This document shows positions 1 to 10,725 of a DNA stretch of 64,000 nucleotides, in pieces (within the stretch, counting starts at the first letter, position 1; each line of letters begins with the position of its first letter). The notes under the pieces were generated by a model that saw only the letters and a program-made list of their open reading frames with translations, was not told the origin of the DNA and did no database searches. Origin of the DNA: Octopus bimaculoides (Eukaryota); contig NC_068985.1 in the NCBI RefSeq assembly GCF_001194135.2, forward strand, positions 86,101,249 through 86,165,248, in the 5' to 3' direction. The translations under genes were made by a program, and so were the position numbers.

Positions 1-464
1 AGCGATTAAACCAACTTTTGCATGAAAATTCTCGTCAAACAACAAGGGAATTGGCAGAGAAAATGGAATGCTCCCACAATGCTATAGAGAAGCATCTTCA
101 CTTGATGGGAAAGGTTCAGAAGTATGGAGCTGGGGTTCTGCATGCTTTAAGTGAAAACAACAAAAACCAACGAGCCATAATCTCTGCTGGTTTGCTTGCT
201 TGTCACCGCTCAACTCAGGGACACAAGCAATGATTTCTTTACCGAATCCTTACTGGCGACGTAAAATGGTGCCTGTACATCAATATGAAGCAGCATAAGG
301 AATGGCTTAGCCCCAGTAAACAGGCGACACCACGCATGAAACGAAATCTTTATCTGCGTAAAATGATGTGCATATGGTGGGACTAGGAAGGGATTATCTA
401 TTATGAATTGCTTAAACGGAGCCAAACAGACAACACAGAACTCTATGTTCAACAGATGGAACAA
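1..464 (+). mobile_element. Decayed mariner (DD34D-type) transposase fragment: HTH, linker and first catalytic Asp
   Basis: Frame +3 reads ENSRQTTRELAEKMECSHNAIEKHLHLMGKVQKYGAGVLHALSENNKNQR, then through TGA 231-233 into FLYRILTGDVKWCLYIN...MMCIWWD*EGIIYYELL. This matches the mariner WVPHxL, TGDEKW and WWD motifs. Internal stops make it non-functional. Confidence 0.9.
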
Positions 465-518
465 TCTCTTGAAAGATTACTTGGACATTAAGTGATGATG
501 ACGACGATGATGATGATA

Positions 519-604
519 TATGAGGGGGTACCCAAAAGTAACTGTTACATGGAAGACTTAATTCTTTGGTTTAGCAGCATTTCTGATTTTTTGGGTACCT
601 TCAA
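519..604. mobile_element. About 85-bp mariner-like MITE or internal-deletion derivative
   Basis: Left end TA-TGAGGGGGTACCCAAAA (519-537) is an imperfect inverted repeat of TTTTGGGTACCTTCA (589-603). The TA+GAGGG start is typical of mariner TIRs. Confidence 0.55.
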
Positions 605-1090
605 TGAAGGAACATGGTACTGGTCTATGGCATGAAGCTAGCTTCAAACCACACCCACATTAAAACTCAGGGTCCTGAAGAGTGCCATAAGTAGAGCTCT
701 TCCACCTGAGTGAATGATTAATTAGAAAAGGTAAGGTAAGAATGAGGGTGATCATCATTGTCATCATCATGGCAATGATGATGATGATGATGACAGTGAT
801 GATGACGGTGATTATGAAAGAGATGATGATGATGATGATGATGATGCTTTCATAACCCGCAGCCATAAAACATTCACCAATCACCAAAAATTCTATCTGC
901 AGCAAAGAAACTACAAAACCTGTTATGAAGTGGAAGCCATTTACCATTATTTGTCATCTCCTCTGAAGAATATCAGTGATAGATGCATGGAAATTGAAAG
1001 AATGGTGGGGGTGGGGAAGGNNNNNNNNNNGTGATAATGGATATCTACAGTCATCGCCTTATAAATTATTTGACTGGCACAAGTTTACTG

Positions 1091-1121
1091 ATTGGTGCAC
1101 AAGGACCAATTAAGAACCAAT
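1091..1121. promoter_or_regulatory. Cluster of three CCAAT (NF-Y-type) boxes
   Basis: CTGATTGG (inverted box, ATTGG at 1091-1095), CCAAT at 1106-1110 and CCAAT at 1117-1121, all in unique sequence. Confidence 0.3.
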
Positions 1122-1402
1122 GAATGTTTCTTGTGTCCCTTTTTTTTGTTTTGTTATTCATTTTTATTATCCTTTCTTTTGAAAAGAACATTTCCATCCC
1201 TTATGTCTTCATCAGCTCAACTATGTAATTACTTTAATTAGTTAGCATGTGCAGCGCAAGAATGTATCACTAACTGCTACCATTACGACTACCACCAAAG
1301 CAAGGCAGCAACAGCAATTGTAGCAGTTGTTGATGATGATGATGATGTTAGATGCTTGTGGAGTGCATGTTGGGGGTTGGTGAGGTTGTTGTTAGCAGTA
1401 AG

Positions 1403-1415
1403 AGGTCAGAGGTCA
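1403..1415 (+). promoter_or_regulatory. Perfect DR1 nuclear-receptor element
   Basis: AGGTCA-G-AGGTCA. Function is inferred from the motif only. Confidence 0.3.
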
Positions 1416-2479
1416 GAGAGAAAGTTATTTGAGACGAAGGATGCATAAAGGCAGCAGAAAACGAATCCTTGTTTTATCATAACATTGACGACTGGGGTAA
1501 TCAGCTCTACAGCTGCACACACACACACACACACACACACATTGTTTAAAATTATATAAAAGACAAAAAAAAAAATAGAGACAGGTTAGGGAACAACAAA
1601 TAGGGTTGCATTACCTTGACACTTGGGGAAAAATGGAAGAAGTCTTTGATGTTTCAAACCTATGTTCTTCAACAGAAAGAAATGAGTAGAGAAAACAGAT
1701 GGAGAGAAGGCAAAAAAAAAAAAAATGGAGAGGTGGGGAAAACAAAAACAGGTCTGGGCTAACAGCTGTACATGTTGAATTATATATGTGTGTGTGTGTG
1801 TGTGTACATACAGATAGAAAGAGGGAGAAAGAGAAAGAAATTAAGCAGTCATCAAAAGGATCTGACTACAGGTAAGGGTAAACATGTTATAATATGCATG
1901 TTGGTGGTGGTGGTGGTGTTGGTGGTGGTGGTGGTGTTGGTGGTGGTGNNNNNNNNNNTCAAGCAATCAAAATGTTGTTTTTCTTACATTTTAAGTCTGT
2001 AATTGTCTCATTCTCAATTTTGTTTTTGCTATCTTTGTTTTATATTTTTCTTGTTCTTGGCTGTTAATTAATTCATGAGTGTGTGTGTGTGTATAATATA
2101 TATGTCTGTGTGTGTGTATAATATATGTCTGTGTGTGTATTTGAGTGTAATTCCTTTTCAACACTTTTTTTGTTGCATTTGAACTTAAGAAGTTAGGGTA
2201 ACGGTGGTGGTTTATTATACAGTTAGTAGTAGTAGTAGTAGTAGTGATGGTGGTTGTAGTGGCGGTGGTAGTGGAACTGACAGCTTACTTGACTGACTGA
2301 TTGACTGCTGCTCCGTTTATTGCTGATGGTGGTTATTATTATTATTATTATTATTACTGTTGTTCTTCGTCATGGTATTGATGATGATGATGATGATGAC
2401 GACGACGGTGGTATTTATTTATTTCTGCTGCAAGTGTCGAACCTGTTGTTGTTGTTGTTGTTGTGGTCGTTTAGTCATG

Positions 2480-2489
2480 CTGTCAATCA
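2480..2489 (-). promoter_or_regulatory. Perfect PBX-MEIS/PREP decamer TGATTGACAG
   Basis: Plus strand CTGTCAATCA lies in a CpG-rich unique segment. A near match, TGATTGACTG, is at 2298-2307. Confidence 0.3.
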
Positions 2490-2566
2490 GCGTGCAACGT
2501 CTGGATCACCAACCAGAGAGCTGATGTCGCTGTCGTATACAACTTCATCGGTGATCTCCCCTTTCA
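2487..2566 (-). CDS. Candidate terminal coding exon (xKGEITDEVVYDSDISSLVGDPDVAR*)
   Basis: Acceptor TTTTCTGAACAG, branch-point-like CACTAAC (2614-2620), phase-1 frame open to TGA, CpG-rich and non-repetitive. The polypyrimidine tract is weak and I recognise no homologue. Confidence 0.25.
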
Positions 2567-2724
2567 CTGTTCAGAAAACCCGCGCTTTTTTCTTTTTATT
2601 TACGTATATTATCGTTAGTGTCTGTATGTGTATATGTGCTCAGTGTGTGTGTGTGTGTATGAGTATGTGCATGCGTGTAAGGGTTTTCTTGTCTTGCCAC
2701 TACTTGAGAGGTGTAAATCAGTCA

Positions 2725-2900
2725 TTCACTTCCAGAATTCTGTGAGAACATGTTTGGCCATGAAGGAAATTGCCTTATTTGGGAACAAGTGAGTGTTGGT
2801 GAAAGAAAGGCTCTCTGACCATAGAAAACTGACCTCAAACAGGCTGTGTCTAACCTCTGCAAGCATAGAAGAATGGATGTTAAATAATAATGATGAGGAT
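2725..2900 (+). mobile_element. RTE-type 3' end, variant subfamily
   Basis: Ends in GCAAGCATAGAAGAATGGATGTTAAATAATAATGATGAGGAT, a degenerate form of the recurrent tail ...GGACGTTAAA(TGA)n. Confidence 0.6.
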
Positions 2901-3299
2901 GGACCAGACACACACTGAATTTGCCACCAAATATCAAACCTCAGTCTCCTTGCTTCTTCCCATTGTTATTGGAGTCTGCACTCAGAATTTATAAGTGGCA
3001 TTTCTCAAGTTTGTCTTAGGTGAGATGGAATTCACTTTAGACAAGCTCATCCACTTCCATTGTTATTAACCTGGCTTAACTTTAAGACAGCCCTAAAAAA
3101 AATCCATTTTTTTTTCAGTAACTTTTAAAGAGTTAACTATTTTTCACCCTGCCACTTGCAGACAGTGAAGTTGTCTACAACTTAGTAGCAGACCTCCACA
3201 ACTACCTCAAAAAATTTTATATCAAAACTTATATTTATTTCCAACTTTTAGTTGTGGAAAATTTTGTAACTGTTTAATAAATTCTGAGATAAGTATAAA

Positions 3300-3610
3300 T
3301 TTCCTGCCTCAGTTTCTTTCAATGAATCTGGAAATGATTGACTATGCTGCATGCAACCTTATGCAACCTTCTTCAAAGCCTTTTCTCAATCAGCTTACTC
3401 AAGTTGCCAAATGGAACCTTACTCAAAATTCTAATCAATTGTAAATACATTGTTACATTCAGTGATCTCTACAGATTACATCTTAATCTAAAAAGAATTA
3501 TTTCACATTCTTGAAGATTCTAAATTCTTATGATGGCAACAACATAGAATTTTCGTTGGTAAGAATGAAGTTTCTCAAATGGCTTGAGAAGTTCAAAAGA
3601 TTGCTTTGAT
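3300..3610 (+). mobile_element. Highly decayed CR1/L2-like reverse transcriptase C-terminal remnant
   Basis: Frameshifted segments QVAKWN, DLYRLHLNLKRII and EKFKRLL resemble the CR1 motifs ASQVWNP, GDLIEVYKI and FKxxLD. Confidence 0.3.
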
Positions 3611-3883
3611 CCAATGGCAGAATGTCTGTCATGGTTACAAAAGGTGTGGGTTTCATCTCACAGTGAGCCTTTGACATATTTTATTCAAACAGTAAGAAAC
3701 CAATATTTACATGGTATTATTTGTTTTCTTTGCTTTGAGATATACCATTCCTCAAACAGAAATATACATGTGTGTGTGCGTGTATCTATATATACATACA
3801 CAAATATACACACAAATCCATACACACTCACTCACTTATGCGCACTCACTCTGTCTCTGCTTGTCTCTCTCTCTCTCTCTCTC

Positions 3884-3925
<42 letters not shown>

Positions 3926-4226
3926 ATATTTCATAATAAATTTGACTCTCAGTATTGTGCTTCTCCATCAGCAAAAGTTCTGTTATCAAATTTGATTTCA
4001 AACAACCTTAATTCAATATTTATATTGAGGTGTGTTTCTCTGTATACACATATAATATATAATATTATGGCTGTGTATGGATATATGTGTGTGTGTAGGT
4101 GCACACACACACACACACAGTAATATCTAATACCATAAAGAGAAAATTCTAAACAACCGCTGTCACACAGACACAGACAGACAGAAAGACAGACAGAAAG
4201 ATAGAAAGGCAGATTAATGGAGAGAT

Positions 4227-4228
<2 letters not shown>

Positions 4229-4283
<55 letters not shown>

Positions 4284-4491
4284 NNNNNNNNNNNNNNNNN
4301 NNNNNNNNNNNNNNNNNNNNNNNNNNNNNNNNNNNNNNNNNNNNNNNNNNNNNNNNNNNNNNNNNNNNNNNNNNNNNNNNNNNNNNNNNNNNNNNNNNNN
4401 NNNNNNNNNNNNNNNNNNNNNNNNNNNNNNNNNNNNNNNNNNNNNNNNNNNNNNNNNNNNNNNNNNNNNNNNNNNNNNNNNNNNNNNNNNN

Positions 4492-4552
<61 letters not shown>
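4229..4552. repeat. (CA)n microsatellite spanning an assembly gap
   Basis: Pure CA runs flank the N-run at 4284-4491. Confidence 0.95.
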
Positions 4553-4554
<2 letters not shown>

Positions 4555-5853
4555 AAACAGTGGATCTCCATCAGTTTCTATGAGGAGCATCCAGTTGTTC
4601 GATCAACTTGGTTACCTTCTCAATGAAGCAAACTGTAAGAGGTTGAGTGTACCACAGTCATATGTATCCTTAAAGCAATTCAAAGTCAGATTCAAGATTA
4701 CACTCTGAGACAAAGCTGTACATTTAAATAAACATATGCAATCACAATGATGATGATGATGAATCCCTCTAACTGCTTTATACAGTTTGTTTTAATGTAG
4801 TTTTACTGAGCTGATAGTATAGGACACTTGTTTGAGTTGCCATGCAGTGTGGTTGGACCTCGGACCTTGTAATTGTGAAGTGAATGTCTCAACCATTAAG
4901 CTATATGTGCAAACCTACATAAAGCATAAAGCACACACACAAACATTAGATGTATATATGTATGTATGTATATATGATGATAATGATGACAATCACGATG
5001 GCTGTCCACTTATGACCTAGGAAGACTGTCACTGATCATTGCTTATGCCAAAGTTCAGCAATGCCTGTACATAAGGTTATTGTACCTGTAGCTGACTTCA
5101 CCTAGATTCATGCCCGTGACTTCCATATTCACTGCGGTACCCACCTACATCATCAGACAATCACCTCTTGGCCGATTGCATAAACTGAAATCTTAGGCCA
5201 ATAAGGCTTGCCCAGTATCTCACAAATCCCTCTCCATCCTACAGACATGATTCGGGGGTAAACCAGGGCAAGATATCCAGTGTCAATAGTATCATCAGGT
5301 TGATAACTGTAGAAACAAATAAAACATCAAGCACTTTTATACTCCAACTTTATTGGTTTTAAAGCTGCTCTTTGCAGGGTCAGGAGAAAATTATGACAGT
5401 GATAGGGGTAGACTAAAAGATAATGAGAATTATAGAGGTTTTATACAATAACAGTGACTGGGTGCATGTTGCAAGAGGTGAATAAAATGGTTAGCCACAA
5501 CAATGGCATCCAATCTTATGACAGTTCTTTAAACAATAATTAATAAATAGAACATCTGACCCATACTGGCATGGAAAGGTAGATGTAAATTGCTGTTGCA
5601 GCTGAAATATTGAGTGTACTATGTTATGATGGTGAGATCATTGGTTCCTTTGCATTGAAGTATGTTTGGGACAAAAACAAGGTTGTCTGCTAAAACCTTA
5701 CTCTTCCAACATTTTCTTAGAATTTGCCATGAAAATGTTCAAAAGACTTGAATAAATGTCTGGCACTCACTGGCACTCTTGCCATAAATATTAGACACAG
5801 TGATGAAACAATCCAAATATAGATCGATAGATTTCTATTAGGTGATCATTGTA

Positions 5854-5886
<33 letters not shown>

Positions 5887-5911
5887 CACATGCACGAGTA
5901 CACACACACAC

Positions 5912-5950
<39 letters not shown>

Positions 5951-6381
5951 GTTGTCTGATTATATTTTTGCTGCCTGTTTTGGTGGTGACTTTGTTTTGT
6001 GGAAATGAGAGGTGATTACATTTTTGCAATCATTTGGCACACAATGTTAACATGAAACTTTATGTCTATCTTGAGGCATCAAGATCTTTTAGTTGTAGTG
6101 TTTCCTTTCTTTCTTTCGTCATCTTTTCTCCATTGTCAAAATCTTGTCTGTTTAGCTGCTGCTGCTGCTTCTCTACAAAATAGTCTTTAACCTGGCTTCA
6201 CTCCTTACTTGCTGACAACAACAACAACAACAACAGATTCTCTCTCTCTCTCTCTCTCTCACCACATTTTATATCAACCATAATGTGAAAAAGACAGAAA
6301 GCAATAAAAGAAAAATACAAAAACAAAAGCTGCCAGCAGTAACTACTAATTTTGTGTACAATCTTGTCTGTTATCATCATC

Positions 6382-6417
<36 letters not shown>

Positions 6418-6438
6418 ATTATTATTATTATTATTTAC

Positions 6439-6516
6439 ATGTTCTTGGAGCTGTTCTTTGACAAAGATGCAAAGAAGATTTAAGGAGAGTTTTGTCGTTG
6501 AATGTAGAAATCCCAT
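6439..6516 (-). CDS. Weak candidate 78-nt internal exon
   Basis: Strong acceptor TTCTTCTTTCTCTCAG and weak donor AT|GTAAAT. Open in two frames; phase 1 reads GISTFNDKTLLKSSLHLCQRTAPRT. Confidence 0.12.
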
Positions 6517-7375
6517 CTGAGAGAAAGAAGAATCTTTCATATAAAATTTATGAAATATCTTCAGGGCTGGTGAAATATCTCTGTAGTAAATCCAGGCAGA
6601 ATATTTCATGAATACCATGTCCAGGCATGTACAGAAAAGATAAATAACTTGCTTTCAGAGTAAAATGACATGTAGCAATGGCAGATGGGAGAGTATTTTA
6701 AAGAATGGTCTTTCAAGGTGTTATGACTGGAAGAAATACATAAAACGGTTTGAAATATGCTGTAATGTCATGGGGAAGTAGTCTTCTGTCTATACATCTT
6801 TGGTACAAACAATACACAATATCATGTGTAGATATATTTATATATATATACACACACATGTCTGTATTCCATATAATGATATAAAGCGTATATAGAGAAA
6901 TATATTCTCTAAATATTCATATGACAACTATGCCGGCCTGTATAATATACGTAATTCTAGAGTTTATAAAATATATTCAAAACAGACCATCAACATAAAT
7001 GGAATCATGAGAAAATAAATGTGGAAACTCACCCCTTCTCACGTGTCCAAATGTACATACACACATTAGGGAGTTCTATATATATTGTCACATTCCATTC
7101 TGTCTCTTTCACTCAATTTGTGTGTATATATATATGTATATATATGAGCAATCATAAGGTAAATCTCAAGCTGCAAATCAAAATAGTCCATTGTAATTAT
7201 CGAATATATGCAAATGGATTACAAAGTGCACAGAATTTTGAAATGATGTACACACAATATGCTTAACAACGAGAGACATGCAAAGGAGATATAAATAGAG
7301 AACAATCGAGAGAAGCAAAACAAGTTCTGTCTGAAAGTATTAAGAGTCTCTACATATAAAATCCTCATAAAAACA

Positions 7376-7525
7376 TTGCTGTGTGGTTTTGGTACTTGTT
7401 TCCCAGCCACAAGGTTTTGGTTTCAGTCTCAAGTGTTGAAACTTAAGTAAAGGTCTTGTATTATAGCATCAGATCAAAGAAAGCTTTGTGAGTCCCCTTG
7501 GTAGACAGAAAATGAAAGAAGTGCA
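7376..7525 (+). mobile_element. tRNA-derived SINE family B, degenerate head
   Basis: Aligns by eye to 23212-23380 (GCTGTGTGG...GGTAGACAGAAAATGAAAGAAG). Confidence 0.65.
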
Positions 7526-7548
7526 TCATATACATACAGGCATACATC

Positions 7549-7928
7549 CCAATGGCCCAGTGGTTAAGGCAGTAGACTCACAGTTGTAGAATTGTGGTTT
7601 CGATTCCCAGACTGGGTGTTGTGTTTATTGCGCGAAAACACCTAAAAGCCCCACGAGGCTCCGACAGGGAGGTGGGGGTGGGGTGGCGAACCCTGTTGTA
7701 CTCTTTCACCACTGCTTTCTCCCACTCTTTCTTCCTGCTTCTGTTGTACCTATATTTCAAAGGGGCCAGCCTTGTCACAGGCTGTGTCATACTGAATCTC
7801 CCTGAGAACTATGTTAAGGGTACACGTGTCTGTGGAGTGCTCAGCCACTTGCACATTAATTTCATGAGCAGGCTGTTCCGTTGATCAGATCAACTGGAAC
7901 CCTCGTTGTCATAAATGACAGAGTGCCA

Positions 7929-7929
<1 letters not shown>
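7549..7929 (+). mobile_element. tRNA-derived SINE with family-A 3' tail and a distinct body
   Basis: A-box-like TGGCCCAGTGG and B-box-like GTTTCGATTCC. The 3' part (AAAGGGGCCAGCCTTGTCACA...GGAACCCTCG...GAGTGCCA) is shared with 12273-12572, 27160-27402, 41870-42166 and 51640-51950. Followed by (TA)n. Confidence 0.85.
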
Positions 7930-7973
<44 letters not shown>

Positions 7974-7999
7974 CGTAAATATAAGGGACAGCTATATAT

Positions 8000-8325
8000 C
8001 TCACCTGTTTTTGTTCCTTTCTCATACTTTCACCTCTCATCAAATGGTATAAAGCTACTTCCCTTGAGGCTGTTCCATGCTCAGTTGAGCGATCTTTGCT
8101 TTACAAATCACTTAATTATCTCACTAGTGCTGGTATCATGTAAAAAGCACCGAGTACACTCTGTCAAGTGGTAGGCATATTAGGAAGGGCATCCAGCTGT
8201 AGAAACCACACCAAAGTAAACAGTGGAGCTTGGTGCAGTCCTCTGGCTTTTGTTAGCTTTGGTCACATCGTCCAACCCAAGCCAGAATGGAAGATGGACA
8301 TTCAATGGTGATGATGATGATGATA
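8000..8325 (+). mobile_element. RTE LINE 3' end
   Basis: TTAGGAAGGGCATCCAGCTGTAGAAAC core and (TGA)n tail. Confidence 0.85.
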
Positions 8326-8544
8326 AATATTAGTTATTAAAGTGGTTACTAACATACTTAATGAAATGAACTAAAAAATATTTATTAATTAAAATTAACC
8401 CCATAGTGATATGAACATAATGTCTTTCTACCCTCTCTCCCTCTCTTCCTCTCTCTCTCAATATATATATACACAGAGAGAGTGCGTGAGACAGACACAG
8501 AAATAAAGAGTATGTATATATAAATATATATATATATATATCAT

Positions 8545-8865
8545 AATCATCATTTAACATCCGCTTTTCATACTGGCATAGGTTGGATGGTTTGACTGGG
8601 GCTGGCAAGCTGGAAGGCTGCACCAGACTCCAATCTGATTTAGCATGGTTTTCTATGGCTGGATGCCCTTCCTAATGTCAACCACTCTGAAAGTGTAATG
8701 GGTGCTTTTATGTGCCACCAGCATGGGTGCCAATTGTGTGACACCGGTATCTGCCATGACTGCAATTTTGCTCAGCTTGATGGGTTTTCTTCTCAAACTT
8801 GACATAATACCAAACGTCTTAATCATTGCCTCCGTGAGGCCCAACGCTTGAAAGAAACTCAGCCC
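8545..8865 (-). mobile_element. RTE LINE 3' end including the last ORF codons
   Basis: Reverse tail CATCATATTTAACATCCGC. The minus frame gives LGLTEAMIKT, matching LGLTEAMTTD at 25731-25899. Confidence 0.85.
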
Positions 8866-9184
8866 CCCCCCCCAACACACACAGATAGATAGATAGATAG
8901 TTAGGTAGGTAGATAGATGGATAGAATAGATGGATAGATCTACATTGACCTTTTTTCTGTCTCACTCTCCTGTGTCAGTTTCCCATGAATACCGTTTAGT
9001 TGACTTTGTTGTCAGAATTGAAAAGATATTCTGTTCTGTGGGATTCTCTACAAGAATTATTTAACCAATTTGGTCTTTTACATTCGCAATGAAATATGAC
9101 AAAATCAAACTACGTTGACTGCAATGTGTGTGTGTGTGTGTGTGTGTGTGTGTTGCCTGAAGAAAAGAAGGTGTAATTTACAAG

Positions 9185-9395
9185 GATAATAGTCTTTCAT
9201 GCTATAGGCACAAGGCTCAAAATTTGGGGAATGGGGTCTAGTCAATCATATTGATCCTAGTGCTTATTTTATTGACCCAAGAAGACGGAGAGCAAAAGCA
9301 ACCTCAGGGGAATTTGAACTGAGAATGTAAAAAGCTGGAGGAAATGTTGCTAAGGATTTTGACCATCCTGTTAACAATTCTGGCCCTTGACCACC
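9185..9395 (-). mobile_element. tRNA-derived SINE family E (Meta-domain-like core)
   Basis: TGCTTATTTTATTGACCC...GGAATTTGAACTGAGAATG (inverted B-box). Similar copies at 37800-38015 and 61505-61700. The domain name is recalled, not searched. Confidence 0.65.
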
Positions 9396-9589
9396 TTAAT
9401 CTAAAATATTTAAAAAGCAATAAACTGGAAAAATCTATTTCTTTTCTTTTTTTTTTCATTATTCTTTCCATGTTACAAATTCCAGAGCTTCTCCCCATAT
9501 TTTCGAATGAATTTTAGTTATTTTTGTTATTTTTAATTAGCCAACTCTTAATAAGCTCTTACTAAAATTTCTCTTTACATATAGTTGTT

Positions 9590-9810
9590 GTTGTTGCTCT
9601 TGTTGTTGGTAGTGGTGATCAGCAGTTATCTAATGAGCCCGTGATTAAAGGCATATTGGTTATGGCATCCCTTGGGAATTGTATATTTAGGCCCACCTAT
9701 CCAAAATGTGTCACCCTTGTTTTCAGATGGTAGGGTAGGATTTGAGGATAATTTTATCAGGCTGCTGTTTCCAGCAGATGAATGGATCATAGAGAGGCTT
9801 CTATGATTGA
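9590..9810 (-). mobile_element. Retroposon 3' end family F, (CAA)n-tailed
   Basis: Shares GATTAAAGGCAT...GGATTTGAGG...GCTGCTGTTTCCAGCAG with 21655-21810, 24175-24375 and 49185-49345, and inverted with 42275-42470, 61295-61445 and 62075-62345. Confidence 0.55.
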
Positions 9811-10029
9811 CTTGTCTTTATATTGTTCTGAATAGTCATAGAACTACTTCTAGGAATTCTTGAGATCAGATCTGAAATCTGAAATTAAATTTGCAGATGA
9901 AATTGCTGATGTAATTAAATGATTTTCCTAAAAATCAATAATTGAAATTTATAACACTTCTTATATCTAATTTCCTCTTTATTAATATATAACCAAAGAC
10001 TACTGCTATGTCAACAGAAACTTGCACTG

Positions 10030-10122
<93 letters not shown>
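10030..10122. repeat. Compound (ACT)n(GCT)n microsatellite
   Basis: Directly visible. Confidence 0.95.
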
Positions 10123-10489
10123 TTACTTAAATAAAAAACACTTCAATGTCAACAACCATCATTATCTATGATATATATTTCTTACATTGGAACATGGCTC
10201 TAAATTACATTGACCCCAGTATATGACTGATGCTTAATCTTATTGACCCCCTCATTAGAAATGTCAGCTTTGGTGTGGATCTATATCAGAACAGGAAATG
10301 ACACAACTAAATGCTGCAAAGATTTTTGTTGTCATTCTCACTGTTTGGTCTCGATTGCCAATAATCTCAACAGCAACTGTCTCTGCTATAAGTAAAACAC
10401 CTTAACTTATCCCCCCCCCCCCCTTCACACATTAGCCTCTCAATACCTGGCATATACAGTCCCCCCCCTCTGTCTGCAACAACAGCTTC

Positions 10490-10725
10490 ACTCAGTTGAG
10501 GGCTCTTCTTTGTCATGTGGGTTGTTTGGTAACCTCACTAGTGCTGGTGCTATGTAAAAAGTATTCAGTATGCTCTGTAAAGTGGTTGGCATTAAGAAGG
10601 GCATCCAGCCGTAGGAACCATGCCAAAGGCGACGCAGGAGCACAAGGCAGTCCTCCACATCATTAGAATCTATCCAACACATGCTTGCATGGAAGATGGA
10701 TGTTAAATGATGATGATGATGACAA
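10490..10725 (+). mobile_element. RTE LINE 3' end
   Basis: CACTAGTGCTGGTGC...AAGAAGGGCATCCAGCCGTAG...GATGGATGTTAAATGATGATG. Confidence 0.85.

Noticed and set aside
2320-2745. 141-aa + strand ORF with a signal-peptide-like Leu run
   Set aside because: The Ile, Asp and Leu runs are (ATT)n, (GAT)n and (TTG)n microsatellites, and the start is a non-ATG codon.
7667-7687. G-quadruplex-like G-runs (also at 1005-1020 and 51598-51618)
   Set aside because: Fewer than four G3 tracts, and the first lies within a SINE, so there is no specific support for function.
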